Assembly: GCA_951406725.2 (NCBI GenBank)
Contig: OX597832.1
Location: 12,028,001-12,092,000, forward strand
Direction: 5' to 3'
Length of the DNA: 64,000 nucleotides
Source of the DNA: Octopus vulgaris
Lineage: Eukaryota
Position numbers and translations under genes: made by a program. The notes below the pieces were generated by a model. That model searched no databases and was not told the origin of the DNA. It saw only the letters and a program-made list of their open reading frames with translations. Positions within the stretch are counted from its first letter, which is position 1; each line of letters begins with the position of its first letter. Of the stretch, positions 41,662-53,630 are shown piece by piece.

Positions 41662-42329
41662 AATAATCTTCATACTTTTCTTATGAATACACACTTGCTT
41701 GAGGCGTATTCGAACAAGTAAGAAAGCCGGTCACTGTGTTTTGTCACGGAGAAAATTCCTCGCTTTTGAAAAAGTACTTTAAATAAAGAAATCTCGCAGC
41801 GCCACCTATTTAACCTGTTGGGATCATAAATTTCGGAGTAGTTATATTCTCTTCAGCTGCAGAAACCAAACAAAGCCTGGTTGCAAGTTGATATATGATA
41901 ATACGAGAAACCATAGACCATAAAGATACGACGAAGACAGATGACGGTTTCTTAGGAATCTCACACGAGTGAAATCATTAAAATACACACTAAGCTGTCT
42001 TAGTGCATTATTTTAGCCTAAATATCTGTTCATAAGTGAGCTATACTCGTGCTACATTAATTATATTATCTACTAATTATATAATATAAAAAACTCATAA
42101 TAGTATTTTGTAAGAAGGAAATTTAATTAATTGATGAATAGGTAACTGTGGCACGCATGTCTTTGTGAAGAGTGTTTTAGAAAGAAAATTATATCATATG
42201 AAATGAAACCTGCAGTTTTCCACTGTGAGAATGATTCTCCGTTTTCAGTATCTGGCTTAACACTCTCGGTCTCTTAGTATCTGGCGTAAGAACACTCTTC
42301 TTCACTCTCTCACTATGACTTTCCATTTC

Positions 42330-42403
42330 ACATACAAACACACACATGTACATGTATGCATGTTCATATATTTGTATACACGCACACACACATGTATATG
42401 TGC

Positions 42404-42459
<56 letters not shown>

Positions 42460-42468
42460 TTACATACA

Positions 42469-42512
<44 letters not shown>

Positions 42513-42541
42513 TACACTTACATGCATACATAGATACATAC

Positions 42542-42590
<49 letters not shown>

Positions 42591-42591
42591 A

Positions 42592-42624
<33 letters not shown>

Positions 42625-42672
42625 AACATTTATACATACATACATATATATATATATATACATATATACACT

Positions 42673-42711
<39 letters not shown>

Positions 42712-42759
42712 TTACATACATATATACATATATAAACCCTTACATACATATATACATAT

Positions 42760-42800
<41 letters not shown>
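42330..42800. repeat. Compound (TA)n/(CA)n microsatellite, followed by (CT)n at about 42906-42936
   Basis: Directly visible. Confidence 0.95.
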
Positions 42801-42805
<5 letters not shown>

Positions 42806-42902
42806 ATCCCTTCCTATCTTATCCCCGCTTTCTCTTTCCCAGTCTCCCCCATCTCTGTTTTTGTTATTATTCTCTCTATTTTGATACATTTCGACGTCTG
42901 AT

Positions 42903-42942
<40 letters not shown>

Positions 42943-44508
42943 GATTTTCTTTCTGTCTTCCTTTCTTTCTTTCTTTCTGTCTTTCTCTTTGGAACTCAAT
43001 CTTCTAAGCACCTTCATCCTTCTAAACGTATTCTTCAGTTTCTGTTTTTTTGTCTCAATCTCATTCTGACATTCTGTCTCATGTATCAGAGTATATCTCA
43101 CTATTTTCACTCTTTCTCTCCTCTTCACTAGTATCTCTCTATCGCTTCGCATGATTCTACTGTTGTTGTCACATGATTCTACTGTTTTTTTTCTTCTCTC
43201 ACATTATCTGTCATTCTATCTCTCTCGCCATTCATTTATTTGGATTAAAAGAAACAATAAACATTAAAAAAAGGGGGTGCTTTGAGACATGACTAATCAG
43301 AACCAACATCTGACACTTCAGTCACGATAGTTGATTTGAAATCTGTTTAAGGAGTTTGAAAATAGGATATGAGAGGATATGAACCATAAAAAACACGGTA
43401 GATGAAATCTTCAGATTCCAATAAATTTGACATGAAAATTGATTTTTTTAGTATAATACTTCTTTATGACAAAGAAATAAATAAAGGAAAAATAAAAGAC
43501 CAATGGAAAAATTGTATTTATAATATGACCACAAAATGTGTATGTTCTTTAAAATACGGTGTGTTTATTCAAAACTTCAAAATATTTGAAAGAGACTCTG
43601 CTAATGTGGCGTCGATCAGTCTGCTACAAATTGCAATTATATTTTATTCATAATATAAACTACAACCTTGAATTTTCGACATATTGCATAGCTTAGTCAG
43701 GAGTACATAATTGTGCATTGTTTCTTTATTGAAAATAACGAGTTTTCTTTCCCCAAAGATATTACTGCTAGGTAAGTGACCACATTAGTAAATCCTTGTT
43801 TACACGACTTTTGTTATTTGCTTGGCTCCATTACAATTTCTTACAATATCTTTGATTAGAGGCGGAATGTTTCCGATCATGAAGTTACTCAGTTCTGTTT
43901 TAAAAAAATAAAACAGTAAGAGAATCTCCATAAAAAAAAAATATATATATATATAAGTCAAAAGACAAATAGGTTTTATAGGCAGACTAAATTCAGGCAA
44001 GGGCAAATCATAATTCCTATATATTCTTAGTTATGCAAAAGTGTCGCATGAAATGTAGAAGGACTCCATAGCCTTGATAACTGTCTTCTATATAGAAATG
44101 AAATAGAACTGTAGAGGAACATTAATTTTATACGAAGTGTATCTAATCAGTACTTTATTTATTTTGTTGTTGCATCATATAGTTTTCTTGTCATGTGCTG
44201 TGTTACTGAGAGAAGATTACTTCAAATATGGTGTCAAATCAACCGATTAAAAAACACTGATCGCGAAGTGTGCACATGACATTACTTGAATAGATTACTT
44301 TCGAAAACAGATCCTCATATTAATCTGCATCAAGTACTGTAAATTGTTCATTTAGTAGTAAATTTCTAAATGAAATAATTCATAATATACCAAGTGTGTT
44401 GTATATACGTTTTGTAAACAAATGATTAAATCAAGAATGTATTTTAAATCAGAAAACTCAGAGACAAATTTATGCTGAAGTGCTACATTTAATATTCAAT
44501 GATATAAG

Positions 44509-44706
44509 AGCGGCGAGCTGGCAAAATCGTTAGCATACAAGGCAGAATGCATAGATATTCCACCCGTATTTATGCCCTGGGTTCAAATTCCATTGAGGTC
44601 GAATTTGCCTTCCTTCCTTTCAGGGTCGATAACTTCAGTATGGTTTGAACACAGGGAATCAATGTAATTATCCCATAAATTGTTAGCCTTGTTCCAAAAT
44701 GAGAAA
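44509..44706 (+). mobile_element. Degenerate SINE family A
   Basis: gcggcgagctggcaaaatcgttagca...gggttcaaattcc..gaggtcgaatttgcctt. Confidence 0.75.
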
Positions 44707-46164
44707 CTACTATTCAACAATATCAGAGCTTTGAAATAGGGATTATAGCGGGATTCAAACACAAGAATTATTGTACACAAAACATATATAGGATAATCGT
44801 TATTAATTTCGAGGCTCTGTGTAAATGTTTTAACACAAAATGAATATTCTTAGAATGGTTGGTGGTGCTGCACTCTCAAGAATTTCATAATACTGAGAAG
44901 CAGTATTTTTGAAGTGAAACCAATATCGAACCACACTTAAATTGAACAAAGTGACATTAGCTATGCATATTATGATAGAATATCATAACTTGCTTGAAAA
45001 TCTAATGTCCACCTTCATTTTGCAATTAAAGCACATAGAATTTAATTTGATTATTGCATCTTGTAGTAGTTTAATTTATCGTGGAAAGATTGAGTAAAGG
45101 AAATGAAAATTTCCTTAAAAAATGTAATTTAAATAAAATAATAATCGAATAAAAGAAGAACCTTTCCAATAAAAACAAACATCGGAAACATTGGTTGAAA
45201 GTTATTATATTAAAACTAGTAAAAGTTTTACCGCTATCGATTTTGTGATTGGTTTGATGTAAACCTTAAAAGACATTCTTAATTAAGAGGTAATGGCCAA
45301 CATAAACTTTTTAATTTTTAATCATGTGTTAATTTAATAATCGCACTTAATATTCATTAAATAATTTATTGATTGCACATCTAATAATAACCACTCTCTT
45401 TCTTCGATTCTAAATATTTCGACTTGTCTTAAGGGGAGTTAGAAACACAGTCTTGTCAAATTATTAGTGATGTAGAAGAGAGATGACAAAGAAGGAAAAA
45501 AAATGGAGTCACCAGAGACTGTTTGAGATTTCCTCTAATTTCCGTTGCGAGATTATTCTGTTAATTTTCTGTTAACAACAACAAGGCTTGGGAAAGAAGT
45601 TAGCATCAGGCATTGACATTCACATTATCTAATAAACTACAACATATGGTACAACGACAATGTTAGGATCATGTATAGTAGATATTGAGAGACAGTCATA
45701 TTGATTAGATTTATTTTTAACTGTGATTCACTAGGTATACAGCTATTGAAAAACGTACAACATCAAGAGATTATTTAATTACCTAATTAGGATTGAATCT
45801 TGGGTAATTGTTTGTCACAGAAGTAGCATAGTTTTAATCACATTTGAAATTCGCTTCGAATTACAAAACATTACTAAATAGTAAAATTACGAGTACAGTA
45901 ACACCAAACAGGAAGCTGGGAGATATTCCATCTGTGAACGGAATTCAGTGAAGCCGTTATAGAAACATACCATCGTCATCACCGCCATCTTTAGATGTGA
46001 ATGCACTTTACAGACTTGAAACAGAAAAAAAATGAGATGAAAACATTTGAGAAGGTAATTCTATATATACAAATCAGATAAGATGAATGGACATGGCTGG
46101 AACGCCTTTCGGCATACATATTAGCTCAGTAAGATTTGACACAGGGAGGAAAGACATGAAAATA

Positions 46165-46500
46165 TCAGCATCATTATAATCATCATGATCGTCATCATCA
46201 TCATCATTATCATCATCATCATCATCAGCAGCAGCAGCAGCATTATAATCATTATTTTCGCCATTATCGTCATCATCACCATTACCATTACCATCATCAT
46301 CATCATAGTTATCGTAATCATAGACATCATCATCATCACTATAACCATCATCATCATTAGCATCATCATAATCATTATTTTTGCCATTATCGTCATCATC
46401 ACCATTACCATCATCATGACCATCATAGTTATCATCATCATAGTCATCATCATCACTATAGTCATCATCATCATCAGAAACTCCACCACCACCACCATTA
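46165..46500. repeat. Degenerate (CAT)n array with an internal duplication of about 122 bp
   Basis: ataatcattatttt.gccattatcgtcatcatcaccattacc..catcatagttatc occurs twice. Confidence 0.9.
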
Positions 46501-47250
46501 TAAATATACATCGTATTCAACGAACATTTATGATCTTCCATTGTTCCATCATTGTCCATTAATAGATAGAGGCTGACGTGAACAACTTAAGAAATGAAAA
46601 AACAAAAAAAAAACATAACAAAGATGAATACTTAATATTCGTTTAAATGAAAGGAAAATATTGCAATAAATGATCAATGTTATATACTTATTTATTTTTT
46701 AGACTGTGTGATTATAAATTACACACAGACACACACATATATATACATTTACACAGACTTATCAAGATACTTACGTTCATATATATATACATATATGCAT
46801 ACATATACACACATATATATACATACTCGCCTCATGTAACCAATTCTAGAATAGGAAAATCGCATTAGATTATGATTCGAGGATTGTAACATAAAAGGAG
46901 TTTTGATATCATATCATAAATAAAATGATATACAAAATAAAATGGAAGAAATAAAGATGAAATATTAAAAGCTAAAACAATAAAATCAAACACGCAGACA
47001 TTTTGTTCTATCGTTATTTTTGTTGTTATTTCCATCCGTATTAAACTGTCGGTTTCTGTTTGAGTAAATAAGAGATGATTGGATTCTATAAACTGTAGTG
47101 TTCACGTGAAAGTTCTAAAACTTGGGTGTAAGAAGCAGAAATGATAATCCATCCGTTTACAGTGAAATGGAGGCTTTAATACATTTCCAGGGATTATTTC
47201 TACACTTTTAATAAGTATTGATCTATGATGTATCGAAACGCTTTCGATTC

Positions 47251-47253
<3 letters not shown>

Positions 47254-47304
<51 letters not shown>

Positions 47305-47434
47305 GTGTGTGTGTGTGTATGTGTGTATGTATTATGTATGTGTATATATATGTATATACAAAGAGAGAGACAGAAAGATTGATAGATGCATGCCACATTT
47401 CGTTTCCCTCTTTGTACACATGTATAAGTATGTA

Positions 47435-47497
<63 letters not shown>

Positions 47498-47560
47498 TTG
47501 TATATATATATGTATATATATATATTTGTATGTATATATATGTGTGTGTGTATATATATG
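47254..47560. repeat. Compound (TA)n/(TG)n microsatellite
   Basis: Directly visible. Confidence 0.95.
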
Positions 47561-48044
47561 AATGCATGTATAAATATAGCCATACATTCATTCAATCAAA
47601 GTCATGTATGGATTTAGATAGGTAGATATATATTTTGTTTATGCGTAGGCTGTAAAATGAGAAACCATTTTATTTGAGGTCTATAGGATTATATCCGTAG
47701 AAATAATGTAAAGCTTAGATACTTTCGTGTAATATCATAATTTATAACGTTACTGCAGGCACGCGCGTGGGTATATAGATTAGAACTGTGCTTTGAAACA
47801 ACATGATATTGAGTGTAGCCACGGCCCCGGCTTCATCAAGATTTCGTGAGGGTATTCACAAAATTAGAGTATTGTGCATAATGATAAAGAAATTGGAGTG
47901 TATAAGACTTATTTGTGAGTATCCCCCAAAAGCATTGATAACATGTTTTCAAGTAACTTATACAGAAAGTACTTATTAGACTTACTGTACAGCCAGATCG
48001 CTACTAAACATACAAATAAGTGTGTGTCTGTCAGTGTGTGGTGT

Positions 48045-48175
48045 GCAATATCGAGAATGTTTCGGGCACCTTGGAAACGTCTGGAACACTCGTACACTTG
48101 TGTGCGGCTCATACACTCCACCCCATACATTTTCTGCAATTTTGCGTAGGCATATGAGCAGGTATTACTTTCACC
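48045..48175 (-). pseudogene. Mariner transposase N-terminal HTH fragment
   Basis: AYAKLQKMYGVECMSRTQVYECSRRFQGARNILD matches the mariner pattern LxxxYGxECMSRTQVxEWxxRFxxGRxxVxD. Confidence 0.8.
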
Positions 48176-48193
48176 GTTATGGTTAATGCTACG

Positions 48194-48216
<23 letters not shown>

Positions 48217-48226
<10 letters not shown>

Positions 48227-48387
48227 TATTAGAGACAAAACCACTATTTTGCAAAACAAACAAGGAAAGACTTAATCAATACATAAAATTTTAATAAATA
48301 GTCAATTTATTAAAATTTTATGTATTGATTAAGTCTTTCCTTGTTTGTTTTGCAAAATAGTGGTTTTGTCTCTAATAATATTTTATA
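48217..48387. repeat. Perfect palindrome, 83-bp arms and 5-nt spacer (agtca), inside a (TA)n-bounded insert
   Basis: 48217-48299 is the exact reverse complement of 48305-48387. Confidence 0.97.
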
Positions 48388-48465
48388 ATATTTTACTATA
48401 AAATTGGATTTAATCCTAAATCTGATTTTTTTTCCTGTAAATTTGGATTTATTCCCTAATATTTA

Positions 48466-48519
<54 letters not shown>

Positions 48520-49597
48520 GCATTATATATACGCATAAGATGCAGTTAATGTACTCCCTGATTATAAGTCTTTTGACATGCGTTGTCAGTCCCAAAACAA
48601 GAATTATTACATGATGCATTGAACAAAATTTGCTTATATTACCATTTGACACAATTCTCTTTATCACAGAAGCAAACAAATGAAACCCTAGCGCTGTCCC
48701 TCAATTAAAATGTCGTCGAGAATTTCTGACAAATTCCTAACATTTTATAAAATGTATATTTGAAACTTCCTTTGGTGCGTATGTTTGACGCTTCGCATTT
48801 AAAGGTATTTGAATCTTAAGTCAAGTTAATCTGTTGTCTTATAAAGTTTATATGCAAGTGAATTTAATATATTTGCGTGATTAAAATCTCAAAAATTTAC
48901 GTTTTCAGCATGAAACTCTAATTTTATACACCGTGATAATTTATCGCTATGAAACATTTAGACAAATAATCGTACGTATATATCATACGTATATATCTTC
49001 TACGTTTCATAATATGTTGCGTTAGCTGACAAGTGATTCCTTGTTGAACGAAACAGGACTGATGTGTTATTCATTACATTGCGAAACAAGAATTAAATTC
49101 GTTTTGCCAAACGCGACTTCTCAAGAATTTACCTGAAAGTAAATTCTTCTGCAAGCTCAACATTCCAGTCATTTGTTCAACAATTACAGCTAGGATAGCA
49201 GCATGATGGATGTTTAGATTGACTGTAAGCACGTATGTAACCTAAATTCTTTACACGATCGGTTTCGTGATATGTAAACTATGCCTGTAATGTTTGCACT
49301 TGTGTTAGTTTCACCCGTGAAAAATTCCTAATGCCATAATTACAAAAGTAAATGAAGTTGCTTTTAATTATCATCTTCTAAATATCTGAGTAAAATCAAG
49401 CGCTTGAATCATACAATTAGATTTTCAAAACTGAATATCACATTAATTTACTGCTTCTCGTTATATATCTTCAGATTCTTTCGCTTTCTCTTTGGATTCG
49501 TATCATAACAGCAGTGTATATCGGTAACTGTGTCACAAATCTCAAGGAACGAGTTCACCTATCACGAAATGAATACAGCTAATATAGCTTACTTGAA

Positions 49598-50205
49598 GGC
49601 GGCGAGCTGGCAGAAATATTAGCACGTAGAAGTACTTAGCGGTATTTCGTCTGCCGTTCCGTTCTGAATTCAAATTCCGCCGATGTCGACTTTGCCTTTC
49701 ATCCTTTCGGGGTCGATATATTAAGTACCAGTTATGCACTAGGGTCGATGTAATCGAATTAATTTATTTGTCTGTCCTTGTTTGCCCCTCTGTGTTTAGC
49801 CCCTTGTGGGTAGTAAAGAAATAGGTATTTCGTCTGCCGTTCCGTTCTGAGTTCAATTTCCGTCGAGGTCGACTTTGCTTTTCATCCTTTCGGAGTCGAT
49901 AAATGAAGTACCAATTACGCACTGGGGTCGATGTAATCGATTTCATCCCTTCATCTGTCCTTGTTTGTCCCCTCTATGCTTAGTCCCTTGTGGGCAATAA
50001 AAAGATAAGAAATGTTAGCACGCCAGGCGAAATGCTTAGCGGTATTTCGTCTGCTTTTACGTTCTGAGTTCAAATACCACCGACGTCGACTTTGCCTTTC
50101 ATTATTTCGGGGTCGATAAATTAAGTACCTGCTGCGTACTGCGGTCGATCTAATCATCTAGACCCCTCCCGCCAAATTTTGGCTCTTATGCTTAAAGTAG
50201 CAAAG
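49598..50205 (+). mobile_element. Trimeric (tandem) SINE family A inserted as one unit
   Basis: Three successive B-box/ggtcgata units; single imperfect 15-bp TSD aatatagc(t/a)ta(c/a)ttg at 49581-49595 and 50206-50220. Confidence 0.88.
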
Positions 50206-50297
50206 AATATAGCATAATTGGTAACCTTAGCGATGGTAACAGTTGCAAAGTAGAAACAATGCTGTATCTGTATTTGTCGGGCTTAATAATTTATATT

Positions 50298-50709
50298 GAG
50301 TGGCTGTGTGGTAAGTAGTTTGTCTACCAACCACATGATTCCGGGTTCAGTCCCACTGCGTGGCACCTTGGGCAAGTGTCTTCTACTATAGCCTCGGGCC
50401 GACCAAAGCCTTGTGAGTGGATTTGGTAGGCGGAACCTGAAAGAAGCCCGTCGTATATATGTATATATATATGCGTGTGTGTGTTTGCGTGTCTGTATTT
50501 GTCCCCCTAGCATTGCTTGACAACCGATGCTGGTGTGTTTATGTCCCCGTTACTTAGCGGTTCCGCAAAAGAGACCGATAAAATAAGTACTGGGCTTACA
50601 AAAAAGAATAAGTCCCGGGGTCGAGTTTGCTCGATCAAAGGCGGTGCTCCAGCATGGCCACAGTCAAATGACTGAAACAAGTAAAAGAGTAAAAGAGAGA
50701 GTAAAGAGA
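50298..50709 (+). mobile_element. SINE family C, full length
   Basis: gagtggctgtgtggtaag A-box, gggttcagtccc B-box, internal microsatellite, gtaaaagagt tail repeats. Confidence 0.92.
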
Positions 50710-51291
50710 TATATGACAGATTTTGCTTTTAGATTACTAGAACCGTCACTCGCAAGCTAATGATTTAGCAGCAGATGCTATTCTTTGCTACCTTTAACAC
50801 TTTTAGGTGTCTACGTATTGCCTACCAGACAGAGCCATCCTCTTTACCATCCCAGTTGCACGTCATTGATAACGTGACAGCGCAGCACCAGTACTCAAAG
50901 AATAATCATTGCTGCTGTGTACGCCAAAGGCAGGCAGCATGGACATCTTTATGGATAACCTAAGAGATCATGTGGAGATGAACTTTTAGATTTAGCCGGA
51001 CGTGTTAGAAATATCAGAGAATTTTCCCTTAAGCAACAATCTACAGTTTTAAAAGTATAACAATGGACGCGTTAAACACATTAGCACTTCTTAAACAAAA
51101 CAGATAGTTGGTGACAGATCGAATAGGATTCGCCTAGGTCTTGAAAAAAGAAAGTATATTTATCTGTGGTTCTTTATCTACTAAAAACAACAGTCAAAAT
51201 CCTCATATACATATTCCTTCTTCAACAGATACATTGCAACCGAATGTAGTTTCTTATAGATTAATAATTGGCTTGATCAATTTCGGACATA

Positions 51292-51679
51292 TTGTTGTTG
51301 GCACTCCGTCGGTTACGACGACGAGGGTTCCAGTTGATCCGATAAATGGAACAGCCTGCTCGTGAAATTAACGTGCAAGTGGTTGAGCACTCCACAGACT
51401 CGTGTCCCCTTGACGTAGTTCTCGGGGAGATTCAGCGTGACACAGAGTGTGACAAGGCTGGTCCTTTGAAATACAGGTACAGCAGAAACAGAAAGAAAGA
51501 GTGAGAGAAAGTTGTGTTGAAAGAGTACAGCAGGGTTCGCTACCAGCCCCTGCCGGAGCCTTGTGGAACTGTAGGTGTTTTCGCTGAATAAACGCTCACA
51601 GCGCCCGGTCTGGGAATCGAAACCACGGTCCTACAATTGCGAGTCCGCTGCCCTTACCACTGGGCCATTGCGCCTCCAC
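51292..51679 (-). mobile_element. SINE family B long-tail subtype, full length, 13-14-bp TSD
   Basis: TSD (c)aatttcggacata at 51278-51291 and 51679-51692; (caa)n tail. Confidence 0.93.
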
Positions 51680-53479
51680 AATTTCGGACATAAATACTAC
51701 AAGATCAGAGGTGAACGGAGCTGAAGAACAGCAGTAGAATTTCGCCAACGTGATGATGACATGGTCATCAAGGAATGAGGCAGAATTTAGTAGCGAAATT
51801 GACGTATGTTATTTCTTTTGGCACCAGAATTAAATATAGCTACACATACTTACAGAAAACATAATACCATGACAATTAGATTCCAACTCTTCTGAAAGCT
51901 AAAAGAAATAATTGACATTTCTTTTCAAAATCACTTGATATTGATTTACTAAGGAGAAAAATTAGTATTATACAGGATTCGCGATACAGTCATAGTATAT
52001 ACGATTCTAAATGGATATCTTTTTAAGTTGGAATATTCTTAGTATGCATCGATTTTGATATGAATTTCTGTTTGCGAATCACTGCGATTTAATTTAACAC
52101 TAGACATTTCATTCTTTCTAACCTTTTTTGTAAAGAAAATGCGATTATTTGTCATATATCTCGTTTCATTCTATGCTCAATTTAGCATCGTTTTAAGTTT
52201 ACTTCACTATGTCGTATGAATATCTATTTATATTGGCCAGACTGGAACATTCGGCGCAAATTAATGGTAACACGTATATATCTAGATGTAATGCAGATTT
52301 CATTAATAAAGATGCTAAGAAAAATTTGCCAACTCAGAGAATAAATATTAAAATATTCTGGATTGGCCATAAATCAAATGCATCTTGAAATTTGAACGAG
52401 AATCAAAGACATCAAATTAAACGTGTGTATAAAAATACATGTCCTCACAATGTGCAAACATATATACTTAAACACTCAAATACACCCACAGGCACACACA
52501 CACATATGTGTATATATGAATATATACATACATATATCTATATATATATATGTGTGTGTGTGTGATCTATCTCTTTACATATGTCAACATACAAAGGATA
52601 GAATATAAATCATTAAAGAAGGAAATAATATATTTGTATTGTAGAAAACTTGTCGATCTCTCTATTTTGTTGCCGTTTCATATCCGGTTTTAAAACTGAG
52701 CATAAGTTATCAGATTATATCTATATATGATATGCAGGTATGTGTGTGTGTGTGCACATATATAAACATACACACAATTATATATTTATGTATGTATTTA
52801 CTTGCATGGATGTATGCATGTATGTATGTAAACTTATTTTATAAATGTTGACAATTACTTTTAAGTTTTATTCCTGTTGAAAATGTGTTAAACGTAATAA
52901 TATATTTGGAAGCAATTGATGGATGGATTAACACGTCTACAAGACAGGTATGAACATATTGGGGAAGATCATACTTTAAAGACTGGTTGTCATCAGAATT
53001 TAATGGATGATGAATGGAGAACAGTATGAAAAGATTAACAGATTATTATGTATGAAAAGTAGAGTCACATGAGGTAAATTGGAAAATGTACAGATGCTTA
53101 TGTGAAAGTCTTTTCTTGTGAATAAGCTTAAATTTGAGGTTGGCTTATTATTTGAAATTTTGATTAAATTTTCTTTTAAACCATTGTGTAGAGGAATCTT
53201 TGATCGGACAAATTGTATGGATATTTAGTAATATTTAAAGTTAGAATTCACAGGTACATACTATTTACAAGATCGCCATCATTTTTTTAATTCCGTAGAT
53301 AATTGATCCCATCACAACATATGATTGGTGTGTGTAATAATTGATCGCGTGAGCATCCAATACATAACCATCTCTGATGGCTTTTATCCCTGTAAAAGAC
53401 AACAGGAAATTATGCCCAACACGATTTTCGTTAATCATTTGTGTAAACGTTTGTATTCATCCGCAAATGTATTAAAAAC

Positions 53480-53630
53480 GACACAGGCGGGTACTTATTT
53501 CATCGCCCTTGAATGATTAAAAGCAAGCGCACATCCAGTTTGCTTAGAACTCGAACTCCCGAGTAGAACGTAAAACCTCTTCGTTCTTTTCTCTAACCTT
53601 CTGCAATTCTGAAGTACCGCACGCTGTCTT
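53480..53630 (-). mobile_element. Highly degenerate SINE family A
   Basis: ggtacttatttcatcgcccttgaatgattaaaagcaag...gaactcgaac. Confidence 0.45.

Noticed and set aside
41818-41860. Minus-strand CTGAAGA...GAAA hammerhead-like spacing
   Set aside because: Stem II has only one closing pair and stem I cannot form.
46074-46559. 161-aa Asp-rich ORF resembling acidic biomineralisation proteins
   Set aside because: It is the GAT frame of a (CAT)n microsatellite; other frames are open too, there is no signal peptide, and the end runs into a repeat fragment.
49598-50205. CRISPR-like repeated units
   Set aside because: These are tandem SINE units in eukaryotic DNA; there are no unique spacers or cas genes.
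50807-50963. Possible exon after ttttag acceptor
   Set aside because: Stops in two frames, no recognisable peptide in the third, and no clear donor.
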